Below are positions 1 to 10,421 of a stretch of DNA of 64,000 nt, piece after piece. The notes under the pieces were generated by a model that was not told where the DNA came from, searched no databases, and was given only the letters and a program-made list of their open reading frames with translations. Position 1 is the first letter of the stretch. Each line of letters opens with the position of its first letter. The stretch spans positions 128,001 to 192,000 of the forward strand of contig CAVOID010000008.1 of NCBI GenBank assembly GCA_963695875.1. Direction: 5' to 3'. The translations under genes were made by a program, and so were the position numbers. The DNA is from an uncultured delta proteobacterium. GTDB lineage: Bacteria > Desulfobacterota > Syntrophia > Syntrophales > UBA2185.

Positions 1-774
1 TAACCAGGGGGCCGGGATTGGTCGGTGCTCTCCTCGTGGGTTTGTCGGTCGCCAAGGCCATAGCCTTCTCTTCAAATATACCATTTGTAGGTATTAATCA
101 CCTTGCGGGCCATATCGCATCCATCTTCCTTAGTGAAGATACTCCCAAGTTTCCCTTCGTTGCACTTGTAGTGTCTGGCGGCCATACGCACATATACCTT
201 GTGAACGATTTTCAAAAGTTTACTATTCTGGGTCAGACGAGGGACGATGCCGCAGGTGAGGCTTTTGACAAAGGCGGCCAAACTTCTGAGTATCGGATAT
301 CCGGGAGGCGCAGTGATTGATCAAATGGCAAAAAAAGGAAATCGTGAATGGATAAAATTCCCCAGGGCCATGAAAGATAGTCTGGATTTCAGTTTTAGTG
401 GTCTGAAAACATCGCTTTTGGTTTACATTAAGAAAAGAGGGTGTCCGTTTACTGAGGATGAACTGCCGGATGTGGCAGCAAGCTACCAGGAAGCAATCAT
501 CGATGTCCTAGTAGATAAAACAATCATGGCTGCTTGCCTGAATTTTGCACCAAAGATTCTTGTATGCGGCGGCGTGGCGTCAAACAGCCGTTTGCGGCAG
601 AGGTTTACCGATGAATCTAAAATAAGAGGCTTTGATTTATACATTCCTCCCCCGGTTTTTTGCACAGACAATGCGGCTATGATAGCTGTCGTTGGTGAAC
701 ATCTCTTGACGAGAGGGCTTAAAGACTCTTTGGATATGAACGCGGTTTCCAGATGGCCGTTAGATTCTCTTTGA
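1..774 (+). CDS. tsaD: tRNA t6A37 threonylcarbamoyltransferase TsaD (5' end outside window; frameshift near 270)
   Basis: ORFs 18..320 and 247..774 join: [49 protein letters not shown]. Confidence 0.95.
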
Positions 775-777
775 TGT

Positions 778-1620
778 ATGACGACAATAAGAAAAATCCT
801 TAGAGATTACAGAATCCGACCTCTCAAGCGATTGGGTCAGTCATTCCTTGAGGACAGAAATGTCATAAATAAAATTTTGAAAATATCAGATATCAGGGGA
901 GATGATACAGTAGTTGAAATAGGTGCTGGCATTGGGATCATGACGGAGGCGATAGCACAAAAGGCGCAAAAGGTTATCGCCCTCGAAATTGATCCCAGAA
1001 TGATCGGTATTTTAAATGAAAGACTGGCGGGTTATCATAATGTGGATATTATTCAAACCGATGTCCTTGAGTATAATTTTTCTCCGGTCAGTTTTGAATC
1101 CCTGTCAAAGAAGATAAAGGTCATCGGGAATATTCCCTACAACATTTCATCACAGATATTGTTTCAATTATTAGCGTGCAGGAACCATATCTCGTCTATG
1201 ATTCTCATGTTTCAAAAAGAACTGGCAGACAGACTCATCGCAACCCCGGGAACAAAGGAGTATGGGATACCAACGGTTTTAGTTTCCATGTATGCGGAAT
1301 GTCATCGAGAAATGGTAATCCCTCGCAGTTGCTTCTATCCCGAACCAAAAGTAATGTCGGCTGTTATGAAAATGATTATTCGTGAAAAACCTCTTATGGA
1401 TTTAACGGATCATGAATTCTTCTTCAAAATTGTGAAAATAGCTTTTTCAAAGAGAAGGAAAACTTTGTTAAATAATATCCGAAATTCACAAGAATTGGGA
1501 TATTCAGAAATGGATGTTGTAACAGCACTCAAGAAGGCGTGTATCGATGGCATGAGACGGGGTGAGACCCTGACTGCAGAAGAACTCGGCAAATTATCAA
1601 ATGCTCTTCGTTCGCTATGA
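778..1620 (+). CDS. rsmA: 16S rRNA m6(2)A dimethyltransferase RsmA/KsgA
   Basis: KRLGQSFL, VVEIGAGIG, GNIPYNIS, MFQKELADR, KRRKTL motifs. Confidence 0.96.
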   Translation: MTTIRKILRDYRIRPLKRLGQSFLEDRNVINKILKISDIRGDDTVVEIGAGIGIMTEAIAQKAQKVIALEIDPRMIGILNERLAGYHNVDIIQTDVLEYNFSPVSFESLSKKIKVIGNIPYNISSQILFQLLACRNHISSMILMFQKELADRLIATPGTKEYGIPTVLVSMYAECHREMVIPRSCFYPEPKVMSAVMKMIIREKPLMDLTDHEFFFKIVKIAFSKRRKTLLNNIRNSQELGYSEMDVVTALKKACIDGMRRGETLTAEELGKLSNALRSL

Positions 1621-1626
1621 AATAGC

Positions 1627-1655
1627 TTGACAAGTTACGGTTATTTTAGTAGTGA
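1627..1655 (+). promoter_or_regulatory. Probable sigma-70 promoter for the pan leader
   Basis: Perfect TTGACA at 1627-1632; the -10 element (TAGTAGT region, 1647-1655) is imperfect. Confidence 0.5.
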
Positions 1656-1663
1656 ACAAACGA

Positions 1664-1694
1664 CCGCTTGGATCCAAGGCACGGACTGAGACGG
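1664..1694 (+). ncRNA. pan RNA motif hairpin (cis-regulatory leader of pantothenate genes)
   Basis: CCG-CTTGG-A-TCC / GGA-CTGAG-A-CGG stem with one bulged A on each strand (1672, 1691), directly upstream of panC and followed by a terminator. Confidence 0.8.
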
Positions 1695-1732
1695 AAGGTG
1701 TGATAAAGTTTATAATCGCGGGTTATAATATG

Positions 1733-1765
1733 AAGCCTCTCGTCTTTGACGTAGGGGCTTTTTTT
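1733..1765 (+). terminator. Intrinsic terminator in the panC leader (attenuator)
   Basis: AAGCCTCTCGTC-TTT-GACGTAGGGGC followed by T7, 18 nt before the panC ATG. Confidence 0.85.
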
Positions 1766-1782
1766 GTAGATACGGGAAAGAT

Positions 1783-2642
1783 ATGAAGATCGTATGTTCC
1801 ATAAAAGAGATGCAAGCCTTCTCGGAATCCACAAGGAATAGAGGGCAGAAAATAGCCTTTGTTCCTACAATGGGTTATTTTCATGACGGTCATTTGAGTT
1901 TGATGAGAGAAGGGAGGCGACATAGGCGACTGTCTCGTCATCAGTATTTACGTGAACCCGACGCAGTTCGGTCCGAATGAGGATTTTGAAAAGTATCCCA
2001 GGGATTTTGAAAGAGACAAAGGCCTTGCTGAAGGTGTTGGTGTGGATGTTATTTTCTATCCTGAAGATAAGGAAATGTACCCGGAACATTATCAGACCTA
2101 TGTCAATGTTGAAAAGGTAACGCAAAATCTCTGCGGCATTTCGAGACCCGCGCATTTCCGGGGTGTGACAACGGTATGCGCCAAGCTGTTCAATATTGTT
2201 AAACCTCATTATGCAATCTTTGGTAAGAAGGACTTCCAGCAACTTGTAGCCATTAAGCGGATGGTGCAGGATCTGGATATGGATCTCGATGTTATCGGGA
2301 TGACAATAGTGAGGGAATCCGATGGTCTCGCAATGAGTTCGAGAAATGTATATCTCAAGGAAAATGAGAGAGAATCGGCTCTTAGTCTTAGTCGTTCCTT
2401 AAAATTAGCCAAAGCAAATGTATGACAAAGGAGAAAGGGATGCTTCAAGGATACTGGAGGAGGTCAAAAAATTTATAGAAGGCCATCCATTTTCACGGAT
2501 CGATTATGCGAAGATATGCGATACGAAGACCCTTCAAGATATTGATTGTCTCGATGGAGAGTCAGTTTTAGCCCTTGCCGTCAAGATTAATAAAACAAGA
2601 TTGATAGATAATTATGTATTCGGGGATATTCTTAATATATAA
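1783..2642 (+). CDS. panC: Pantoate--beta-alanine ligase (two frameshifts)
   Basis: [59 protein letters not shown] across three ORFs. Confidence 0.95.
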
Positions 2643-2686
2643 AGTTTACGCATAAGAAATATTTTTCCTGAGGAGAAAGGTAATAC

Positions 2687-3045
2687 ATGCAAAGGTATAT
2701 GCTCAAATCAAAACTGCACAGGGCTATAGTGACCGATGCCAATCTCCATTATGAAGGCAGTATCACAATAGATGAAAAACTGATGAATGCTGCGGATATA
2801 CTGCCTTATGAAAAAGTCGATATTTATAATGTTTCTAATGGGGAAAGGTTCTCAACATACGTGATAAAAGGTAGAACAGGATTCCGGTGTGATATGTCTG
2901 AACGGGGCTGCAGCATGGAAGGCTAAAAAGGGCGACATTATTATTATTGCGAGCTATGCGCTTATTGATGATTCTATGATAAAGACGATGGCATCCTGCA
3001 TGTGTTTTCTTGGATGATAAAAACAGGATCAAGAGACAAAAGTAG
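2687..3045 (+). CDS. panD: Aspartate 1-decarboxylase (frameshifted)
   Basis: [17 protein letters not shown] (Gly-Ser autocleavage site), NGERFSTY; the C-terminus [13 protein letters not shown] ends at TAG 3043-3045. Confidence 0.93.
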
Positions 3046-3098
3046 TATATAAAAGGTCTAGCACGGTATAAGTAATGATTTTAGAAATGACTGTTAAT

Positions 3099-3134
3099 AG
3101 GGGTAGGGTATTAAGGAACCTTGCCCTTTTTTTT
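3099..3134 (+). terminator. Intrinsic terminator after panD
   Basis: AGGGGTAGGGT-N8-ACCTTGCCCTT followed by a T-run. Confidence 0.75.
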
Positions 3135-3144
3135 AAAATAGAGG

Positions 3145-3173
3145 TTGAAAACACATCAACTTTTTGTTAATTT
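3145..3173 (+). promoter_or_regulatory. Sigma-70 promoter for DUF502-metK-ahcY
   Basis: TTGAAA-17 bp-TAATTT with TGn extension. Confidence 0.5.
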
Positions 3174-3207
3174 AAATAAACTTAAATGATATAAAGGTTA
3201 TTTATCG

Positions 3208-3900
3208 TTGAAGAAAAAACTGAAGCAGATATTTTTAACCGGTCTTGCTGTTACCATTCCGATAGGATTAACACTTTATATCCTCTTCTTTCTTATTGAC
3301 ATAATGGATGGTCTCCTGAAGATTATCCCCACAAGGTATCATCCCGATACGTTGCTTGGTATTCACATTCCGGGTCTTGGAACTATTGCAACTGTGATTT
3401 TGATTTTCATCTGCGGCCTTGTCACAGCAAGTTATGTCGGCAACAAAATTGTTCAATCTGGAGAAGACCTTGTTTACAGGATACCATTCGTGAGGAGTAT
3501 TTATCAGGCCATCAAACGGTTCTCTGACACCATGTTTATGGATAGGAGAAGCAGTTTCAAAAAGGTTGTACTGGTAGAGTTTCCCAGAAAAGGTCTATAT
3601 ACAATCGGTTTTGTCACAGGTATCCCGGGATTGGAGATTCAGAAAAAAACCGGGCAGAACTGCATAAGTGTTTTTTTGCCGACAACGCCCAATCCGACAT
3701 CGGGATATCTTGTTATTATACCTGAAGATGAGTTAGTTGAAATGGATATGTCGGTAGAAGAGGCCTTAACATTCATCATTTCTGTCGGTATCGTGACTCC
3801 ATCAGACCATTATAAAAAGAGAGAGAAATTACACGATGAAGGTAACCATGTTGGTGAGTTAGAAATCATTGAAATAGGGATAGGACAAATAAAAAAATAG
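3208..3900 (+). CDS. DUF502 family membrane protein
   Basis: FLTGLAVTIP, RIPFVRSIY, VLVEFPRKG, PTTPNPTSG motifs. Confidence 0.9.
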   Translation: MKKKLKQIFLTGLAVTIPIGLTLYILFFLIDIMDGLLKIIPTRYHPDTLLGIHIPGLGTIATVILIFICGLVTASYVGNKIVQSGEDLVYRIPFVRSIYQAIKRFSDTMFMDRRSSFKKVVLVEFPRKGLYTIGFVTGIPGLEIQKKTGQNCISVFLPTTPNPTSGYLVIIPEDELVEMDMSVEEALTFIISVGIVTPSDHYKKREKLHDEGNHVGELEIIEIGIGQIKK

Positions 3901-3913
3901 GAGTGAAAACCAT

Positions 3914-5091
3914 ATGCAGATAACATCTGAGAGTGTTAAAGTAGGACATCCGGACATTGTATGCGATTCAATAGCAGCGAATATCATCGCCGCGATAATC
4001 GATGAGGAACATAAAATCGGACTTAATGTGGATAACATGCCCCATTGCGGTATTGAGATTTTCCTGGGCAAGGGTCTCTGTATAGTTGGTGGAGAGGTTG
4101 CCACCCGGGTTATGTAGATGTAGAAAAGATTGTTCGCGATACAGTTCTATCAATTGGTTACTGCGACTATAATCTTGGTCTCAATGGAAATTCAATGGGA
4201 ATTCTTAACACAATTATAGAACAATCTCCCGATATTAATATTGGTACCCGGGCAGACATGGGTAAATACAAGGAAATCGGTGCAGGGGATCAGGGGATTA
4301 TATATGGGTTTGCATGCGATGAGACGCCTGAGTATCTTCCGCTTCCGTATGTCTTGCTACAAAAATGATGAGGGCTTTTGAGAATTGCGGTAATCCTATA
4401 TTCGCGCCTGATGGTAAAGGGCAGATAACAGTCGAATATAGTGACGAGGATGTTCCCTTGCGTGTGGCGACAGTTCTCATGTCCAATGCAATCGATTACC
4501 GTCGTGTAGCAGACAATGAGAGAGCATCTGTAGAGCCCCAGGCAAGGCATATTGCTATGGGGTGCCTCAGATGGTTGGGTAGATGAAAAGACCGAATTTC
4601 TTTTCAATCCTACAGGGGAATGGCAGGCTATCAATTCATGCAGTGCTGCGGATTCCGGCGTCACAGGTCGTAAACTCGTCGTTCAACTCTATGGGGGGTA
4701 TCCTGGCGCACAGATAGGCGGAGGTTCTATTGTTAATAAATCGCCGGAAAAGGTTGATTGTTCGGCAGTCTTCGGTGCCCGCTATGTTGCAAAAAACATT
4801 GTTGCTGCAGGTTTAGCAAAGAAGTGTTCTATTCAAATAGCATATGCCATCGGTATTGCCAGGCCCATTTCCGTTTATGTAAATACTTTTGGTACAGGGA
4901 TAATTTCCAACAATAAAATCAATGTGCTTATTAAAGAATACTTCGATTTATCCCCCAGAGGCATGATCGAAAGATTAGACCTCCTCAGAGGTGATGTTTA
5001 CAGGAAACTGCCCAAGACTTTATTTATGAACGATTATGTTTGGGAAAAGACGGACATGGTCGAAGCACTAAAACGGGCCGCGTCTGTATAG
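3914..5091 (+). CDS. metK: S-adenosylmethionine synthetase, divergent (frameshifted)
   Basis: [49 protein letters not shown]; adjacent to ahcY. Confidence 0.88.
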
Positions 5092-5135
5092 AAACGATAA
5101 GTTGATCAATTATATAAGTCGGCGTGGAGGGCCTG

Positions 5136-6561
5136 ATGACATATCTGAAACCCGTAAAAAACTTAATGTACAAAGTGGCTGATATTCGGTCTTGCCGACT
5201 GGGGGCGTAAGGAAATTGAACTTGCCAAGAATGAAATGCCCGGTCTTATGGCTATACAAAAAAAATACGGCCGTCAGAAGCCTTTAAAGGGCTTGAAGGT
5301 TATGGGCAGCTTGCATATGACGATTCAGACAGCGATGCTCATAGAGACACTAAAAGAAATTGGCGCTGACATAAGATGGGCCTCATGCAATATATTCTCG
5401 ACCCAGGATCACGCAGCTGCTGCAATTGCGAAAGCGGGATCTGCAGCGGTTTTCGCCTGGAAGGGGGAATCTCTCGAGGAATACTGGTGGTGTACAGAAC
5501 AGGCGCTGACATGGCCTGATGGTTTCGGCCCTGACTTGATTGTTGATGATGGCGGTGATGCAACACTTTTGTCCACCATGGCGTCAAGATCGAAAAAGAC
5601 CCCTTCGCTGCTTGAAAAGAAATACGACAATAGAGAGTTCCAGATTATTATGGATCGCATGAGACACTCACTGAAGCGGGATCCAAAACATTGGCACAAA
5701 GTAGCTGCTAATATCCTCGGCGTTTCAGAAGAAACAACCACGGGTGTTCATAGACTCCACCAGATGGCACAATCCGGAGAACTTCTTTTTCCGGCAATTA
5801 ATGTAAATGATTCGGTAACCAAGTCAAAATTTGATAATCTGTACGGCTGCCGAGAATCCCTTGCTGATGGCATAAAGCGGGCAACTGATATAATGGTTGC
5901 GGGGAAGATGGTTGTCATCTGTGGATATGGCGATGTTGGTAAGGGGTGTGCCCAATCAATGAGAGGTTTTGGCGCACGCGTAATTATCACAGAGATCGAT
6001 CCGATTTGCGCACTCCAGGCAGCTATGGAAGGATATGATGTAAAGACGCTGGAAGATGTCGTTTCAATAGGGGATATCTTTGTCACAGCCACCGGCTGCT
6101 GCAATGTAATTACCGGTACGCATATGGAGAAGATGAAGAATGAGGCGATTCTATGTAATATAGGTCACTTTGATAGCGAAATAGACATACAATATTTAGA
6201 AAAGAGCAAGGACTGTAAAAAAGAGAACATCAAGCCACAGGTAGATAAGTGGACTCTTAAATCCGGGCGGTCAATAATTGTCCTTGCGGAAGGCAGACTG
6301 GTAAACCTTGGCTGTGCGACTGGACACCCCAGCTTTGTCATGAGTAACAGCTTTACTAATCAGTGTCTTGCTCAGATTGAACTTGCGACCAGGAAATATA
6401 AACCCGGTGTCTACACACTGCCTAAGAAAATTGATGAAGAAGTAGCAAGGTTGCATCTCAATCGTCTTCGTGCAAAACTGTCAAAATTGACGAAAGAACA
6501 AGCAGATTATCTCGGCATACCTGTTGGTGGACCCTTCAAGCCGGATTATTACCGTTATTAG
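5136..6561 (+). CDS. ahcY: Adenosylhomocysteinase (indels near N-terminus)
   Basis: [58 protein letters not shown] at 5136 follows GGAGG. Confidence 0.96.
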
Positions 6562-6593
6562 AAAGGCAAGGATGAAGGGACAGGGATCGGTAT

Positions 6594-7705
6594 CTAATTA
6601 CTCGGACTTCTGAATTTCAGGTTTTGACGCGGAAGAACATGATAGCAGACGCTGACGCCAAAAATAATGTTTGCAAACCAGGCTGATATAATGGGAGGTA
6701 ATTGTTCCGGAACGGCCCAGAGACATAGCGAAGGCGTGCACGATCCAGTAAGAGAATCCAATGATGATGCCGAACGCCGATGCTCTGCATGATACCGCCG
6801 CTTCGTTCGCGTTTTCATGAGAGAAAAGGAAATACCAATAACTGACAAGTATGATACTGACTAGAGTGAAAGCAATCTTGCCATGCATGTCTACGAGGTA
6901 TCGTGTTGCATCATATCCTTCGGCTTGAATCTTTTTAACGTACTTTCGTAACTCTGCATAGCCCATCTTTTCTGTTTCTATTTGGACGACATTGAAGTCT
7001 GATGGTTTTTCCGGAAGGTCTATCACCTTCGATGACAACCCACTCGAGAGACGGGAATTCCCCTCCCGTAAACTGGGTGATCAATAGATTGTAAAAGACC
7101 CACTGGTCATTTCTCCATTCGGCTTTTTCTGCATCGATCCGCATAGTCAATTTAAAGTTTTTGTCTAAATAGTTAATGGTAATCCCTTGAAGTATATTTG
7201 TCTTAGGATCAAACATTTTGAAATTGTATATTCCGTTTGTTCCCTTGTACCAGAGCTGGCTCTGTTTGAAAGTGCCAATTGGTTCACGCTTCTGTACCTC
7301 TACAAATACGATATGATCTGCCCTCTGGTTACTGTAAGGCGTGACGAATTCACTGTTAAGGAAGGCAAGGATACAAATCAATGCTGATGTGATTAACACC
7401 GGCAATGACGTCCTGTAAAGACTGATTCCGTTTGATTTCATGGCAGTGATTTCGGAGTTTCTTGACAGCGAACTGAATGTTAAGAGAGATGCGAGCAAGA
7501 CTGATGCAGGAATCGTCTGGGAAACCATCATCGGGATCATGAAAAAGAAATAAGAAATGATCTGGTGCAGCAAGGCATTATTACTCAAGAACATTCTGAT
7601 TCGTTCAACAAATTCAACAATCAGGAAAAGCGACATAAATATTGCGAGGATGAAAACAAATAACCTTACAAACTCTTTGGTTACATAGCGATCCAGAATG
7701 GTCAT
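6594..7705 (-). CDS. lptG: LPS export ABC permease LptG (frameshifted)
   Basis: MTILDRYV, LSRNSEITAMKSNGISL; overlaps the lptF stop. Confidence 0.9.
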
Positions 7706-8886
7706 GAATCAATACCTTTTTTGCATCTATCTATGAGCTTCTTTAAGTAGATTCCAATAGGGAGCTCTATGTTGAGCGGTCTGTCATTTGCAGCCCTAAC
7801 CAAAAGATAGAAGCCAATAATACAGAAAATAATATTGGGAGCCCACGTCCCAATAAAAGGTGAAAGTCTGCCTGTTTCTACGAGTGCCTCGCCGCCAAGA
7901 CGAATGATGTAGTAAATAAACGCCGTAAAAATACCGACGGTGAACCCCCTGGATTTTGCTGTCCTGTGGGATCTGATACCCAGTGGGATTCCAATAATGC
8001 CAAAAACAATGCATGAAAGAGGTGTAGTAATTGTCTTATAAAATTCGATGGCCATTTCTCTGAAAACAGCTCCTTCTATACCGGAAGTTTTAAGCTTCTT
8101 GGAAAGTTCCCAGACGGTCATCTCAGTGCTGTCCTTTGTTTTAACTTTCTTTTCTTCAGCGATGGAGGATTCAATATCGAGATTTACGTCATACAGACTG
8201 AAATCCATTTTTCGATAATTTTTAAGCTTCGTATCGACTATATGTGTGCTGCCGTTTTCGAGTCTCAGCGTTACGGTCATCAGTTTAGGATCTGATACAA
8301 GATAAGCTTTTTCGGCAATAATGGTGCTCGGTTCCTTACTAATCCTTGTATCTGAGATGATGACCCCTTTCATGTATTCACCACTGACAGGTACACTTTC
8401 TGCGTATAAGAGAAGACCCTTGAAATCATCATTGAATACTTTTTCTTTTATGCCAATACTGGCCTTTTTCTTGGCGACTGTATAAAGCAAATTTTTCGTG
8501 GCATATTTACTATGGGGAACTAAAAAGAGGCTTGTAGCAGCCGTCATAATGAAGGCTATTAATGACGCAATGGCTACCGGCAATATAAGTTTGTATAAAC
8601 TGATGCCTGATGCCTTTAAAATGCTTATTTCATTATCACCGGACAGTCTGCCTAATCCAATCAGAATCGATATCAGGAGTGATATGGGAATGGTCAATAT
8701 CAGGAATGATGGTGTTAATAAGAGAAAAAGTTTTGATATGTCAATGAAACTGACACCTTTATTGACCATCAAGTCCATTAATTGGAGAATCTTCCCCATG
8801 AGCAGGACAAAGGTCAAAACAAAAATTATTATGAAAAAGGGATAAGAAATTTCCCGTAGAATGTAACGATTGATAATTTTGAACAT
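7702..8886 (-). CDS. lptF: LPS export ABC permease LptF
   Basis: IINRYILRE, GRLSGDNEISILKASGIS, WAPN; YjgP/Q architecture. Confidence 0.9.
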   Translation of the reverse strand: MFKIINRYILREISYPFFIIIFVLTFVLLMGKILQLMDLMVNKGVSFIDISKLFLLLTPSFLILTIPISLLISILIGLGRLSGDNEISILKASGISLYKLILPVAIASLIAFIMTAATSLFLVPHSKYATKNLLYTVAKKKASIGIKEKVFNDDFKGLLLYAESVPVSGEYMKGVIISDTRISKEPSTIIAEKAYLVSDPKLMTVTLRLENGSTHIVDTKLKNYRKMDFSLYDVNLDIESSIAEEKKVKTKDSTEMTVWELSKKLKTSGIEGAVFREMAIEFYKTITTPLSCIVFGIIGIPLGIRSHRTAKSRGFTVGIFTAFIYYIIRLGGEALVETGRLSPFIGTWAPNIIFCIIGFYLLVRAANDRPLNIELPIGIYLKKLIDRCKKGIDS

Positions 8887-9090
8887 GTATGTCCGGGCTA
8901 TTGATTATTTGGATGGGTAAGCTAACACGTATTTAAAGAGTTTTGTCAAGCAAAAGATAGAAATTCGAGCCCTGCTTGATTGAAAATCAGCAGCAAATGA
9001 TCGCGTTGAATAGGGGCAGAACCATATTAAGGAAGATTCAATAATTGAATTAATTGTATCCGTATATTTTCTATAGAATAATCCATGTCT

Positions 9091-9112
9091 TTTATTGACC
9101 TTGCTCAATAAA
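9091..9112. promoter_or_regulatory. FNR/HcpR-like palindrome between divergent lptF and PHP genes
   Basis: Perfect inverted repeat TTTATTGA-N6-TCAATAAA overlapping a TTGACC -35 candidate. Confidence 0.45.
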
Positions 9113-9188
9113 TCTGCTAACTAAATTAGGCTCGCTGACTAGACGCGGATGGTCATTATTGTGCAATTTTCAGGTGGGGTGATATCCT

Positions 9189-9845
9189 GTGATAGATCTA
9201 CATACCCATTCCATATTAAGTGATGGAGAATTGATTCCTTCAGAACTCGTGAGGAGGGCCGAGGTTGCCGGTTATCGTGTAATTGCAATAACCGATCATG
9301 GAGATCATTCCAATCTCGATTTCATAATTCCACGGCTTTTAAATGTCTGTCAGAAATTGCAGGATGCCTTGGCCATACAGGTGATTCCGGGTATAGAGTT
9401 GACCCATATTCCCCCGGCATACATTTACGATCTTGCCGTTGAAGCCAGAAATCATGGTGCTAAGATTATTGTCGTTCATGGAGAAACGATTGTTGAACCC
9501 GTTGTTGCCGGGACTAACATGGCTGCCCTTAAGTCTCCTATCGATATTCTTGCGCATCCCGGTCTGATTACAGAGGAAGAGGCAATGATGGCGGCAAAAA
9601 ATTCAATATGTCTGGAGATAACAACAAGGAAGGGGCACTCCCTGACAAATGGACGTGTGTTAAGCATGGCGCGCCACTCGAAAGCTCCTCTCATTTTAAA
9701 CACCGATAGTCATGCTCCCCATGATCTAGTCTCCAAAGAAATGGCCCGAAAGATCGCCTTGGGTGCAGGCATGACTGAGGAAGAGGCCGAAATTATGTTT
9801 CGTAATTCAGAAGCACTGGCTAAGAAGGCATTAGAGAAGAAATGA
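9189..9845 (+). CDS. PHP-domain protein (histidinol-phosphatase-like)
   Basis: DLHTHS..SDG, AITDH, GIELTH, ILAHPG, NTDSH metal-binding motifs. Confidence 0.88.
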   Translation: MIDLHTHSILSDGELIPSELVRRAEVAGYRVIAITDHGDHSNLDFIIPRLLNVCQKLQDALAIQVIPGIELTHIPPAYIYDLAVEARNHGAKIIVVHGETIVEPVVAGTNMAALKSPIDILAHPGLITEEEAMMAAKNSICLEITTRKGHSLTNGRVLSMARHSKAPLILNTDSHAPHDLVSKEMARKIALGAGMTEEEAEIMFRNSEALAKKALEKK

Positions 9846-10322
9846 AGCTTTCGCGGTTATATGCTTATGATGCCTGTATCGGTTTAAAAAAGTGACGAAA
9901 AGGCCCATTGAGCAGATGCCTGCTGACCTCTCGGGGTAATCCACCATGTATTGACCACCCCATCACCATAGATTAGGGTGCTTAAATAAAACTCCGGAAA
10001 AAATGGCGCATGAAGCTGAAAATCACAAGGTGGTACTAATTCATAAGGATGCAGATGTATTTGTCTCTAAGGCCTCTTATCTAGCCAGTTAATAAAGGTG
10101 TATTACTACCTCATTTGAAGGGAACCTCTTTAAAAACAAACGATCTTAAATCTTCAATAAACATCATGACTATGTTTGGACCTCTGTCAATCTTATTAGT
10201 TGATAAATAAGTCTTCAGAAAATTTATGTGCTAATCAATATTGTAGAGAGCAAAAAAATTTGGAGATATGGAAAAAGGGGTATTTTCTGATATAAAAAAT
10301 TATCAAATTTTTATCTTGATTA

Positions 10323-10369
10323 TATCAATATATAGTAGTATCATAACTTCCTACCCCAATATGTTGGGT
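10323..10369 (+). promoter_or_regulatory. Tandem NrdR boxes
   Basis: Cores CAATATATAG (10326-10335) and CAATATGTTG (10357-10366) match CwATATaTwG, lie 31 bp apart and sit upstream of nrdD. Confidence 0.88.
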
Positions 10370-10421
10370 ATAATAATTGCCTTGAAAATTGTTTCACTAC
10401 GGAATCAAGGAGGGGGGTTTC

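Noticed and set aside
5092..5135. SAM or SAH riboswitch before metK or ahcY
   Set aside because: The intergenic gaps are only 13 and 44 bp and contain no recognisable aptamer.
10090..10200. Cobalamin riboswitch upstream of nrdD (AGGTG...GAAGGGAA)
   Set aside because: Lacks the following GGTG-AA-TCC arm, the CCC/GC.AC.GT core and the B12 box.
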